Source: Candidatus Undinarchaeota archaeon
Lineage (GTDB): Archaea; SpSt-1190; JASMDC01
Assembly: GCA_964519305.1 (NCBI GenBank)
Contig: CAZFHY010000014.1
Coordinates: forward strand, 1-64,000
Direction: 5' to 3'
Length of the DNA: 64,000 bases
Part shown: positions 33,366 to 46,471 of the stretch, in pieces
How the letters are laid out: each line of letters begins with the position of its first letter
How positions within the stretch are numbered: position 1 is the stretch's first letter
Notes under the pieces: generated by a model
The model's input: only the letters and a program-made list of their open reading frames with translations
Told to the model about the DNA's origin: nothing
Databases searched by the model: none
Translations under genes and position numbers: made by a program

Positions 33366-33454
33366 TGGACCGGGCGGGATTTGAACCCGCGGCCATTGCC
33401 TTTCTTGTGATTTCTCATTGCAAGGGCAACACTCTTCCACTGAGCTACCGGCCC
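33366..33454 (-). tRNA. tRNA-Ala(TGC) with a 17-nt canonical intron (33402-33418)
   Basis: GGGCCGG/CCGGTCC acceptor with G3:U70, TTCAAAT T-loop; perfect BHB (CAA bulge, CTTG/CAAG helix, AAA bulge) at position 37/38; CCA not encoded. Confidence 0.95.
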
Positions 33455-33509
33455 TCGCGAGTGAAATGAGAGAGGACAATTTGGTGCCCGACTACAAGAG
33501 CCGAGTTCT

Positions 33510-34979
<1,470 letters not shown>

Positions 34980-35050
34980 TAATTGGGCTGCAACGCTTAT
35001 AATTTGAAACTAAAAGGGTGGCAACCTTCCTGTAAAAGGAAGGTATAGCC

Positions 35051-35083
35051 CTTGTAGTCGGGTTTCACCTATGTCCTCCCTCA
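35051..35083 (-). other. 5' arm of the 16S bulge-helix-bulge processing stem (pairs with 33467-33498)
   Basis: GAGGACA..GGTG-AAA-CCCGACTACAAG pairs with CTTGTAGTCGGG-CACC-AAA-.TGTCCTC, a canonical 3-4-3 BHB. Confidence 0.85.
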
Positions 35084-35456
35084 GACCCGAAGGATCACTT
35101 CGGGCCCTCATATTATGCCGCACACGGAATTAGCCCCATCCTCGCAAGGGGTTACCCCTTACTCAAAGGCCTCGCCTACGGTGCGGTATCAGGGAGGTCA
35201 ACGGCAGGACATTAACCTTAAATACCTTTCGGTGGGTCGCCGGCGTCCCTTGTTATCGTATATAGAGATTGAATCTCCACCCTTCCATTTATACCTGTGA
35301 ATAGTCGTAACACATTACTATATTTCATAAAATAATCACGACTGAATTGGGGGTCTTACATCCGACGATTCCTCGTCACATGTACCCGGAATGCCACGCC
35401 AGAGCGAGCCCCCGGATTGGTTTGATTAATAAAGATTACATCCCTTCATCCCATTC

Positions 35457-36728
35457 ATGATGGAGAATCTCGGCATCAAGGTCGTGTTCGATAACTCTCA
35501 TGGGGAGATCGTGGGGGTGCTGTCCTTCGCCAAGGAGGATTACTCCACCCTAGCAAGCATCTTCCAGCTCTTCGGATGCAGGCTTGATGTCATTATGGAC
35601 CGCATCAGCAATCAGCACCTGGCTGGCAGCCAGGTCCTCATAGTCCCTGTTCCTACAAAGCAGTTCCAGCAGGACGAGGTCCTTGCGATCAAGCAGTTCG
35701 TCGAGGGCGGAGGTGGCCTCCTGCTCATCGGTGAGTACGGTGGTTACGCCAACAATGACACATATCTTAACCAGCTGGGACAGTTGTTCGGCATCCAGTT
35801 CAACCGGGACGTCATCTGCGACAGCCAGGCACGTCTTACGAACGCTGCCGCGGACCCAAAGAAGGCTATGGTCTGTCCGATCGTCGACGGCATAGCGCAG
35901 CACCCCGCTCTGGAAGGTGTAACGAAGCTCCGACTCGAACTGTCCTGTTCGGTGACCGCGGGCGGTAGTGCCATTCCACTGGCGTGGGCCGGTAACTACT
36001 CATTCGCGGACCGCGACTTCAATTACCTGGCCGATACTTACGAGCAGCGTGGCAACGTGATATTCCTTGCCGCTACCCAGGCCGGTGCAGGTCGTGTGGT
36101 CTGCATGGGCGACTCTTCGCTCCTCTCGAACGAGAACCTACTGGACCCGAACCACAGCAAGCTCGGACTGAACCTCATCCGCTGGCTCGCAGGGATCGCG
36201 CAGGGCGCAGCCCCTGGTGTCGGTGCCATGCCGGCAGCCGCTCCTGCTATGGGTGGGCCGGGGCCGATCCCCAGTATGCCCTCCGCGCCTCCAGCCGCTC
36301 CGCCGGTCACAGCGCCTGCGGGACCTCCGGGCTTCGCTCCTCCGGTCGTAGCACCTCCTCCTACTGCTCCACCTGGTCCGCCATCTGCGGCACCGCCCGG
36401 TTTCGGTCCTCCGACCGCCGCACCACCACCTCCTACTGCTCCACCTGGTCCGCCATCTGCGGCACCGCCCGGTTTCGGTCCTCCTGTGGGAGCACCTCCA
36501 TCGCCCTTACCGGATCTCGCGCCTCCCGGTATACCACCCGGAGCGCCTCCCGGTATACCTCCTGGGGCACCCCCTGGCGCACCTCCCGGTTCGCCCGGTG
36601 CAGCGGGGCCTTTTGGTCCTCCACCTTCTATAGGAGGGCCGGCCGTTACGGGCGCTCCCGAAGCAAGCCCACCTAAGGACAAACCCAGGATACCGCCACC
36701 ACCACCTCCTCCTCCCCGGAAGAGCTAG
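35457..36728 (+). CDS. DUF4350/GldG-IFT52(GIFT)-like domain protein with long Pro-rich tail
   Basis: VVFDNSHGE, P.KQF..DE..AIKQFVEGGGGLLLIGE, GAGRVVCMGDSSL, N...NLIRWL; about 175-aa Pro/Ala/Gly tail. Confidence 0.75.
   Translation: MMENLGIKVVFDNSHGEIVGVLSFAKEDYSTLASIFQLFGCRLDVIMDRISNQHLAGSQVLIVPVPTKQFQQDEVLAIKQFVEGGGGLLLIGEYGGYANNDTYLNQLGQLFGIQFNRDVICDSQARLTNAAADPKKAMVCPIVDGIAQHPALEGVTKLRLELSCSVTAGGSAIPLAWAGNYSFADRDFNYLADTYEQRGNVIFLAATQAGAGRVVCMGDSSLLSNENLLDPNHSKLGLNLIRWLAGIAQGAAPGVGAMPAAAPAMGGPGPIPSMPSAPPAAPPVTAPAGPPGFAPPVVAPPPTAPPGPPSAAPPGFGPPTAAPPPPTAPPGPPSAAPPGFGPPVGAPPSPLPDLAPPGIPPGAPPGIPPGAPPGAPPGSPGAAGPFGPPPSIGGPAVTGAPEASPPKDKPRIPPPPPPPPRKS
36357..36484 (+). repeat. Exact 56-bp duplication (72-bp period) in the Pro-rich tail
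   Basis: CCTCCTACTGCTCCACC...TTCGGTCCTCC identical at 36357-36412 and 36429-36484. Confidence 0.9.
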
Positions 36729-37006
36729 TGACGACGTAATCGTCCCGGACCCTGTCTCCCTCGGGGAGATGGTGTTCTGAACTCAGGTTGATCGATAGAC
36801 CCAAGTCTGACCTTTGTTTACCCGTTAATAGAAACATGTCCCGCGCCACTGTCACGCGTTATCATGACACGCGTGTGCCAGTATGCCACGGAAAAGCTCA
36901 AATCTTCCGTTATTTCTCGAAATAAGCCGAAATATTCCGAGAATCCCGTTTTAACCTTTAAATATATATATAGTCCATGGGGGCGCACGCAAGGACTGTG
37001 GCGTAT

Positions 37007-38926
37007 ATGGGACTTCCTCTAGCGCGAAAGATACTCGAAGAGCACATCGTCGAGGGCAAGTACGTCATCGGCGAGGAGATCGGCATCAAGGTAGATCGGA
37101 CCCTCACCCAGGACGCGACGGGTACCATGGCGTACCTGCAGTTCGAGGCTCTGGGCATACCACGTGTCAAGACGGAGCTGTCGGTGAGCATCATCGACCA
37201 CAACACGCTTCAGAACGACTTCAGGAATGCTGATGACCATAAGTACCTGCAGAGCGTGGCGGCCAAGTATGGCATCAAGCTCTCAAAGGCCGGGAACGGC
37301 ATCTGCCACCAGGTACACCTTGAGCGGTTCGCCAAGACCGGACGCACGCTCATTGGTTCCGACAGCCACACACCTACCGCAGGTGGGGTGGGTATGATCG
37401 CCATCGGTGCGGGCGGTCTCGACGTGGCCGTCGCCATGGGTGGCGCTCCCTTCTATATGAAGGCGCCTAAGATAATGGGCATCAAGCTCACTGGCGAGCT
37501 CCAGCCCTTCGTATCGGGTAAGGACGTCATCCTCGAAGTGCTGCGCCGTATCGATGTCAAGGGAGGCGTGGGCTACATCCTAGAATACTTCGGACCCGGG
37601 GTAAAGTCGCTCGACGTGCCCTCGCGTGCGACCATCACAAATATGGGTGCCGAGACCGGGGCTACTACTTCCATATTCCCTTCCGACGATGTGACGCGGG
37701 AGTTCTTCAAGCAGCAGGGTAGGGAGGGCGAGTGGTTCCCGCTGGGCGCGGACCCTGACGCCGAGTACGATGAGGTCATGGAGATCGACCTATCCGCTGT
37801 CGAGCCATTGGCCGCGTGCCCACACAGCCCTGGCAAAGTGGTGCCTGTCACCGAGCTCGCCGGGATGAACGTGGACCAGGTCGCAATCGGCTCATGTACC
37901 AACTCCTCCTACCGCGATCTCATGACCGTCGCGGGGATGCTTAAGGGAAAGAAGGTCGATCCGACGACCTCTCTCAGCATCTCCCCTGGCTCCCGCCAGG
38001 TCCTCGTGACCCTGTCGCGTAACGGTACGATGGCCGACATCGTAGAGTCCGGCGCTCGTATCCTCGAGTGCACCTGTGGTCCCTGCATCGGCATGGGCCA
38101 GGCCCCGTCGACCGACGGCATCCGCGTGTGCACGTTCAACCGTAACTTCTTCGGTCGTACCGGGACCAAGTCAGCGAGCGGTTATCTGGTGAGCCCCGAG
38201 ACCGCTGCTGCTACGGCCATCAATGGTGTGATGACTGATCCTCGCACAATGGGCGAGCTCCCGACGTTCGACTACCCGGAGCTGTTCCCCATCGACGATT
38301 CGATGGTGCTCGAGCCATCCGACGATCCGGACAGCGTGGAGATCATCCGCGGGCCGAACATCAAATCCCTTCCAAAGAAGGATCCCCTGCCCGGCGTGCT
38401 CGATGGCAAGGTCCTCATCAAACTGGAGGACAACATCACTACCGACCACATAATGCCCGCAGGTTCCAAGATCCTGCCTCTGCGCAGCAACGTGCCCGAG
38501 ATATCCAAGTACGTGTTCGAGCAGATCGATCCGGACTTCCACGCGCGTGCCCTTGAGATGGGCGGCGGATTCATCATCGGTGGGGGGAACTACGGTCAAG
38601 GATCGTCCCGCGAGCACGCAGCGCTCGCACCGATGTACCTGGGCGTTAAGGGCGTGATCGTCAAGTCGTTCGCACGCATTCACCTGGCGAACCTGATCAA
38701 CTTCGGGATCATCCCGCTGGAGTTCGTAGATGCCGCGGACTATGACGCCATAGAACCTGGCGATATCCTGTCCATCGATGTTAGCGACCTTAGTGGCGAT
38801 CTTGTCCTGAAGAACACGACCAAGGGTAAGGAAATCCCCGTGCGCCACCACATGAGCGAGCGGGACAGAGCCATCCTCAAGGCCGGCGGAAAGCTGCCGT
38901 TCACCGCACAGGGGGGGGTGGCCTGA
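37007..38926 (+). CDS. Aconitate hydratase (single-chain, about 640 aa)
   Basis: TQDATG, DHN, GICHQ, GSDSHT, IGSCTN, CGPCIGMG, FNRNF, DNITTDHI, NYGQGSSREHA. Confidence 0.93.
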   Translation: MGLPLARKILEEHIVEGKYVIGEEIGIKVDRTLTQDATGTMAYLQFEALGIPRVKTELSVSIIDHNTLQNDFRNADDHKYLQSVAAKYGIKLSKAGNGICHQVHLERFAKTGRTLIGSDSHTPTAGGVGMIAIGAGGLDVAVAMGGAPFYMKAPKIMGIKLTGELQPFVSGKDVILEVLRRIDVKGGVGYILEYFGPGVKSLDVPSRATITNMGAETGATTSIFPSDDVTREFFKQQGREGEWFPLGADPDAEYDEVMEIDLSAVEPLAACPHSPGKVVPVTELAGMNVDQVAIGSCTNSSYRDLMTVAGMLKGKKVDPTTSLSISPGSRQVLVTLSRNGTMADIVESGARILECTCGPCIGMGQAPSTDGIRVCTFNRNFFGRTGTKSASGYLVSPETAAATAINGVMTDPRTMGELPTFDYPELFPIDDSMVLEPSDDPDSVEIIRGPNIKSLPKKDPLPGVLDGKVLIKLEDNITTDHIMPAGSKILPLRSNVPEISKYVFEQIDPDFHARALEMGGGFIIGGGNYGQGSSREHAALAPMYLGVKGVIVKSFARIHLANLINFGIIPLEFVDAADYDAIEPGDILSIDVSDLSGDLVLKNTTKGKEIPVRHHMSERDRAILKAGGKLPFTAQGGVA

Positions 38927-40191
38927 TGGCGCAGCGAGCTATTCGCGAGGTCGACGCCCGACGGCTCCTGGCTGCCCATCTCGGAGGAGGGTTCCCCTTC
39001 CCGGACAAGGCTGTCCAGGTCACGGCCGAGACCGACTGGGACAAGCTGGCCAAAGACCATCCCTGGCTCGACTCCGAGAAGCTCGTGTGCAAGCCGGACC
39101 AGCTCTTCGGCAAGCGCGGGAAGCACAACCTCATCCTTCTGGACGCTACACTCGCCGAGCTCAAAGCTTGGGTGAATGAGCGATTGGGCACAGAGGTCAC
39201 CATCGGCAAGGCGCCTGGGGTGCTGACCCACTTCCTCATCGTGCCCTTCACGCCGCACGACGGGGAGATGGAGTACTACGCGGCCATCAAGAGCGAGCGG
39301 GATGGCGATGTCATACTTGTCTCCCCCAAGGGGGGCATCTTCGTGGAAGAGCATTGGGACCAGGTCGAGCAGACCCACGTACCTATCGATGCCGATATCG
39401 GCTCACTCGAAATAGGCATGCCCTCGGGCATCCCTGCCGAACATCACGAGCAGGTGACCGGGTTCATCAGAGCGCTCTACAAGTTCTACGCGGACCTGCA
39501 ACTGGCGTTCTTGGAGCTCAATCCCTACACTCTGGTCGATGGCGTACCCATCGCGCTGGACATGCGCATCAAGCTCGACGACACCGCTGCCTTCGAGGCA
39601 GGGCGCAAGTGGGGGGACATCGAGTTCCCCGTGCCCTTCGGCCGGACCACCTCTGCAGAGGAGTCCTACATCAAGGAGATGGACGAGAAGAGCGGTGCAT
39701 CGCTCAAGCTTACCCTGCTCAACACCAAGGGTCGCGTGTGGACCATGGTGGCTGGCGGTGGAGCGTCCGTCATCTATGCTGACACGATCTCGGACCTCGG
39801 TTACGGGAAGGAGATGGCCAATTATGGCGAATACTCCGGTAATCCCAAGACCGATGAGACCTACGAGTACGCCAAGACCATCCTCGACCTCATGACCCGG
39901 GAGAAGGATCCTGAGGGCAGGGATAAGGTCCTCCTCATCGGCGGCGGTATCGCCAACTTCACCGACGTGGCAAAGACCTTCACCGGTATCATCAAGGCGC
40001 TCAAGGAGTACGCACCCAAGCTCAAGGAGACGGGTGTTCGCATCTACGTCAGGCGCGGCGGCCCGAACTACCGCTATGGGCTCAAGCTCATGCGCGAGCT
40101 CGGTCAGGAGATGGGAGTGCCCATTGAGGTGTACGGTCCCGAGACCCACATGACACGCATCGTGTCCATGGCACTTGGAGGTGAGCAATAA
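38926..40191 (+). CDS. aclB: ATP-citrate lyase, beta (ATP-grasp) subunit
   Basis: KPDQLFGKRGK, KLDDTA, SLKLTLLN..GRVWTMVAGGGASVIY, NYGEYSG, GIANFT, RRGGPNY. Confidence 0.93.
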   Translation: MAQRAIREVDARRLLAAHLGGGFPFPDKAVQVTAETDWDKLAKDHPWLDSEKLVCKPDQLFGKRGKHNLILLDATLAELKAWVNERLGTEVTIGKAPGVLTHFLIVPFTPHDGEMEYYAAIKSERDGDVILVSPKGGIFVEEHWDQVEQTHVPIDADIGSLEIGMPSGIPAEHHEQVTGFIRALYKFYADLQLAFLELNPYTLVDGVPIALDMRIKLDDTAAFEAGRKWGDIEFPVPFGRTTSAEESYIKEMDEKSGASLKLTLLNTKGRVWTMVAGGGASVIYADTISDLGYGKEMANYGEYSGNPKTDETYEYAKTILDLMTREKDPEGRDKVLLIGGGIANFTDVAKTFTGIIKALKEYAPKLKETGVRIYVRRGGPNYRYGLKLMRELGQEMGVPIEVYGPETHMTRIVSMALGGEQ

Positions 40192-42020
40192 TGGCGAAGG
40201 ATTACGACCTCTTCCACCCCGACACCGTGAGCGTGGTGTACGGCATGCAGACCAACGCGGTCCAGCGCATGCTGGACTTCGACGCGGTGTGCGGACGCAA
40301 GCGGCCGTCGGTGGCCTGCATGGTCAACCCCGGCAGGACGACGACGCACAAGGCGTTCTTCGGCGAGAAGGAGATCCTCATCCCCGTCTACCCTGACGTG
40401 GCGACCGCGTGCGCGGCCCACACCGACGTGGACGTGATGGTGAACTTCGCCTCGTTCAGGTCGGCGTACGCCGCGACCAAGGAGGCCTTCGAACAGGACC
40501 AGCTCCGGACGGTGGTCATCATCGCAGAAGGCGTTCCAGAACGTCGCATCCGCGAGCTCACAGCTGACGCGAGAAAGCTGGGCAAGGTCATCATCGGCCC
40601 CGCCACGGTGGGCGGGATGGTGGCCGGTGCCTTCAAGATCGGCAACACGGCCGGTACGATCGACAACATCATCGCATCCAAGCTCTACAGGCCAGGATGC
40701 GTGGGCTTCGTATCCAAGTCGGGCGGGATGTCCAACGAGATGTACAACATCATAGCCCGCAATACCAATGGTCTATACGAGGGTGAGGCCATCGGCGGAG
40801 ACGCCTATCCTGGTTCGACGCTGCTGGAGCACCTTCTTCGGTACGAAAAGAACCCGAAGATCAAGATGCTGGTGTGTCTGGGCGAGGTCGGCGGGACCGA
40901 CGAGTACGACATAGTGGAGGCTGTCAAGGAGGGTAAGCTCACCAAGCCCCTCGTGATGTGGGTGACCGGTACCTGCGCCAAGGTGTTCCCTACGAGCGTC
41001 CAGTTCGGACATGCAGGGGCCAAGGCGGACTCCGATGCCGAGACCGCCGATGCCAAGAACGAGGCCCTCAAGGCCGCCGGTGTCATCGTACCCCACAGCT
41101 TCGACGACTTCAACGAGAAGATCAAGGAGACCTTTGAGGACCTCATCCGCAAGGGAGAGGTCATCGAGGCGCCCGAGGAGGAACCGCCCTCCCCGCCCAT
41201 GGATTACGCCATGGCCGTAAAGATGGGCAAGGTCCGGAAGCCGACCAGCTTCATCTCGACGATTGCTGACGACCGGGGCGAGGAGCTGACGTACAACCAC
41301 GTGCTCATCAGTGATATCGTCAAGGACCAGCGTGGAATCGGTCACGTCCTCGGTCACCTGTGGTTCAAGAAGGACCTGCCTCCGTGGGCGACACAGTTCA
41401 TAGAGATCGTCCTGAAGCTCACGGCCGACCACGGCCCCTGCGTGTCCGGTGCCCACAACGCTATCGTGACGTCGCGGGCGGGCAAGGACCTGATATCGTC
41501 GCTGGTGTCAGGGCTGCTGGCCATCGGACCGAGGTTCGGCGGCGCAATCGACGGCGCGGCCAAGCACTTCACCGAGGCCTTCGACCGGGGATTGGGACCG
41601 CACGAGTTCGTGGGTGACATGAAGAAACGGAACATCCGTATCCCCGGGATCGGCCACCGCGTGAAGTCGGTGCAGAACCCGGACATGCGCGTCACCCTGC
41701 TCCAGGAGTTCGCGCACAAGAACTTCCCCAAGACCGAACTGCTCGACTACGCCCTCGAGGTGGAGAAGGTCACCACGGCCAAGAAGAACAACCTCATCCT
41801 GAACGTGGACGGATGCATCGGCATCCTGTTCGTGGACATGATGAGGAGCCTGCCCGACCTCTTCACCAAGGAGGATATCAAGGAGGTCCTCGCGTTGGGG
41901 TACCTCAACGGGCTGTTCGTCCTGGGCCGCTCCATCGGGTTCATCGGCCATGTCATGGACCAGAAGCGGCTGAAGGCAGGGCTCTACCGGCACCCGTGGG
42001 ACGACGTGCTATACCTGTAG
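40191..42020 (+). CDS. aclA: ATP-citrate lyase, alpha subunit
   Basis: QRMLDFD, NFASFRS, IAEGVPE, SKSGGMSNE, QFGHAGA phospho-His, DHGPCVSGAHN, IPGIGHR, LNVDG, YRHPWDD. Confidence 0.95.
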   Translation: MAKDYDLFHPDTVSVVYGMQTNAVQRMLDFDAVCGRKRPSVACMVNPGRTTTHKAFFGEKEILIPVYPDVATACAAHTDVDVMVNFASFRSAYAATKEAFEQDQLRTVVIIAEGVPERRIRELTADARKLGKVIIGPATVGGMVAGAFKIGNTAGTIDNIIASKLYRPGCVGFVSKSGGMSNEMYNIIARNTNGLYEGEAIGGDAYPGSTLLEHLLRYEKNPKIKMLVCLGEVGGTDEYDIVEAVKEGKLTKPLVMWVTGTCAKVFPTSVQFGHAGAKADSDAETADAKNEALKAAGVIVPHSFDDFNEKIKETFEDLIRKGEVIEAPEEEPPSPPMDYAMAVKMGKVRKPTSFISTIADDRGEELTYNHVLISDIVKDQRGIGHVLGHLWFKKDLPPWATQFIEIVLKLTADHGPCVSGAHNAIVTSRAGKDLISSLVSGLLAIGPRFGGAIDGAAKHFTEAFDRGLGPHEFVGDMKKRNIRIPGIGHRVKSVQNPDMRVTLLQEFAHKNFPKTELLDYALEVEKVTTAKKNNLILNVDGCIGILFVDMMRSLPDLFTKEDIKEVLALGYLNGLFVLGRSIGFIGHVMDQKRLKAGLYRHPWDDVLYL

Positions 42021-42065
42021 GTGATTGAGAACGACATCAGACCTAATGCGACATTGTCAAGTTAA

Positions 42066-44309
<2,244 letters not shown>

Positions 44310-44419
44310 AACTGAAGAAAGGGGCAAACGGACGGGATACGAAAGGGCGGCGTCCGGGGGGGCGTCGCCCGACACCCTTCATAGTAGATATAAAACTGCA
44401 CGCCCGTCACCATGATGCC

Positions 44420-44827
44420 ATGGACGCAGACAGGTACCGTAACGACTACGGTAACAACGTCGCTGTTATCGGTGCATCGTCCAAGCGGGACCGTTACTCC
44501 AACAAGGCAGTCAGAGCGCTGGTGGAGGCAGGCTACAACGTCTTTCCCATACACCCGAAAGAGACAGAGATCGAGGGACTCCGGGTCTTTCCCGACATCA
44601 AGTCGGTCAATGGTGATATTGACCTGGTCTCCATCTACCTCAATCCCCAGGTCGTGCTCCGGTCCGGACTAGTTGGGCAGTTGGAGGGGCGAGGGATCAA
44701 GGCCGCTATTCTGAATCCAGGGACACAGGATCCCGCTCTGATCAAAGAGCTCGAGGGCAGCAGTATCATCGTGCTCCAAGAGTGCACTCTCGTCAATGGG
44801 CTCGGCCGGAGCCCTTCAGAATTCTGA
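44420..44827 (+). CDS. CoA-binding protein (YccU-like)
   Basis: VAVIGAS...RYS, GY.VFPIHP, IDLVSIYL, LNPG, ECTLV. Confidence 0.85.
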   Translation: MDADRYRNDYGNNVAVIGASSKRDRYSNKAVRALVEAGYNVFPIHPKETEIEGLRVFPDIKSVNGDIDLVSIYLNPQVVLRSGLVGQLEGRGIKAAILNPGTQDPALIKELEGSSIIVLQECTLVNGLGRSPSEF

Positions 44828-44884
44828 TATCGATCCCGGCCTGAACCGCTACCTATATATACACCCTGCGGGCGCCGGCGATGT

Positions 44885-46471
44885 GTGGACGAGGTAGTGG
44901 ACCCTGTAATGACCGAGGCCGATGCCCGCGTCTATTTAGGGGACGCCATGCAGCAGGCCGAAGAGGTCCGCCGGCAGGGTATGCTCGGACACTGGGAGCT
45001 GTACACCACCGGGAGCCACACCGCATCGGAGCGGGCGGACCGGGAGGCCCGCGCGTTCTACACGGATCCCGTTCTCTCCTCGACCCTCGAGTCATGCTAC
45101 GACATCGTAACCGATCCCGAACTCACCGAGAACATCGACTACCTCTACAACCGGACCAAGGTCTATACATCCCAAGCCGATAACGAGAACGCGATAGATG
45201 CGAAAGCACGTGAAGCGGGGACGCTCCAGATGTCCCACCGTGCCACCTATCAGGGAGCCGAGACCACGGACCAGGCAATGGACAATGTGCTCGAGACCGA
45301 GAAGGACCCGGCCATGCGCAAGGAGGCCTGGTACGCACGCAACGCCAAGGGCGATGCGGCGGCGTCCACCATCGTCGAGCTTGTCAAGCTGCGCAATGCG
45401 TACGCCCGTGAGCAGGGTCATGCCAACTACTACGAGATGTGCCTCGAAGAGGAGGGCTACGATCCGGAAGGTCTGTACGAGTTCCTTGAAGAGGTCGACC
45501 GGGACACCGTGTTGAGCTACAATGCCAAGAACGAGGACCGGAAGGCCGAGCTGGCCGCGGCATTCAGCATCGGTGTGGACGACCTGCGCCCCTGGCACTT
45601 CGGTCTTGATGTCGACGGGCTGACCAAGGAGATCGACGCGTACTTCCCTGAGGGGGAGCAGATGAAGATGCTCGAACGCTCGTACACCGACATGGGCTTC
45701 GATCTGAAGGGGCTAGGTATCACCTACGACACCGATCCGCGACCCGGGAAGAGCCAGCACTGCTTCGCCATGGGCATCAGCATGCCCGATGACGTGCGCG
45801 TGCTCGCCAACAAGGAGGCGACCTACGACTTCCAGCAAGTGCTACACCACGAGTCGGGGCACGCTATCTACTATGCCGATATGGATCCTAAACTTCCTTT
45901 CTACGACAGGGGGGCGCCTACGAACACCATGAACGAGGCCGTGCCCATGCTCATGGAACAGGTGTGCTCCACCGCCCAGTGGCTCGAAGAGTACGCCGGT
46001 GTGCCCACGGAGCTCGCCGCGCGTGTGGAGGCTGACAACCTGTGGGGCGAGGAGCGCTCCATCCGCAAGATACTCTCCGTCGCCGCCTTCGAGCGGCGGA
46101 TGTACGAGAATCCTGACCAGGACCTGGCGGCTCTTTGGTGGGAGCTGAAGGAACGATATGAGGGCATACCGAAGCCCGACGACACCTCGGTCAACGCCTG
46201 GGCGGCTCTACCTCACTTCATCGACTATCCCGCCTATTATCAGGATTACCTTATGGCCAGCATGGCCGCAAGCCAGCTCCGGGTCGCTATCGAGTCCGAG
46301 AACGGTACGGTCCAGGGGAATCCCAAGACCGCGGTGTTCCTGCGCGAGAAGGTGTTCGCCCCCGGCCAGAGCACGGGCGAGTCCGAGATCATGGAGGGCG
46401 CGACCGGTGAGGAAGTGAATACCCAGGCCTACTTCGAGTGGGTGTACGGTGCGGACGAGGACGATGCCTAG
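44885..46471 (+). CDS. Zn metallopeptidase, M2/M3 (oligoendopeptidase) family
   Basis: LVKLRN..A...G..NYY, LRPW, RPGKSQH, LHHESGH (HEXXH), NEA, H....PAYY.DY; start 44885 or 44909. Confidence 0.88.
   Translation: MDEVVDPVMTEADARVYLGDAMQQAEEVRRQGMLGHWELYTTGSHTASERADREARAFYTDPVLSSTLESCYDIVTDPELTENIDYLYNRTKVYTSQADNENAIDAKAREAGTLQMSHRATYQGAETTDQAMDNVLETEKDPAMRKEAWYARNAKGDAAASTIVELVKLRNAYAREQGHANYYEMCLEEEGYDPEGLYEFLEEVDRDTVLSYNAKNEDRKAELAAAFSIGVDDLRPWHFGLDVDGLTKEIDAYFPEGEQMKMLERSYTDMGFDLKGLGITYDTDPRPGKSQHCFAMGISMPDDVRVLANKEATYDFQQVLHHESGHAIYYADMDPKLPFYDRGAPTNTMNEAVPMLMEQVCSTAQWLEEYAGVPTELAARVEADNLWGEERSIRKILSVAAFERRMYENPDQDLAALWWELKERYEGIPKPDDTSVNAWAALPHFIDYPAYYQDYLMASMAASQLRVAIESENGTVQGNPKTAVFLREKVFAPGQSTGESEIMEGATGEEVNTQAYFEWVYGADEDDA

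Noticed and set aside
36038-36682. Gly-rich, collagen-like minus-strand ORF
   Set aside because: Antisense shadow of the Pro-rich tail.
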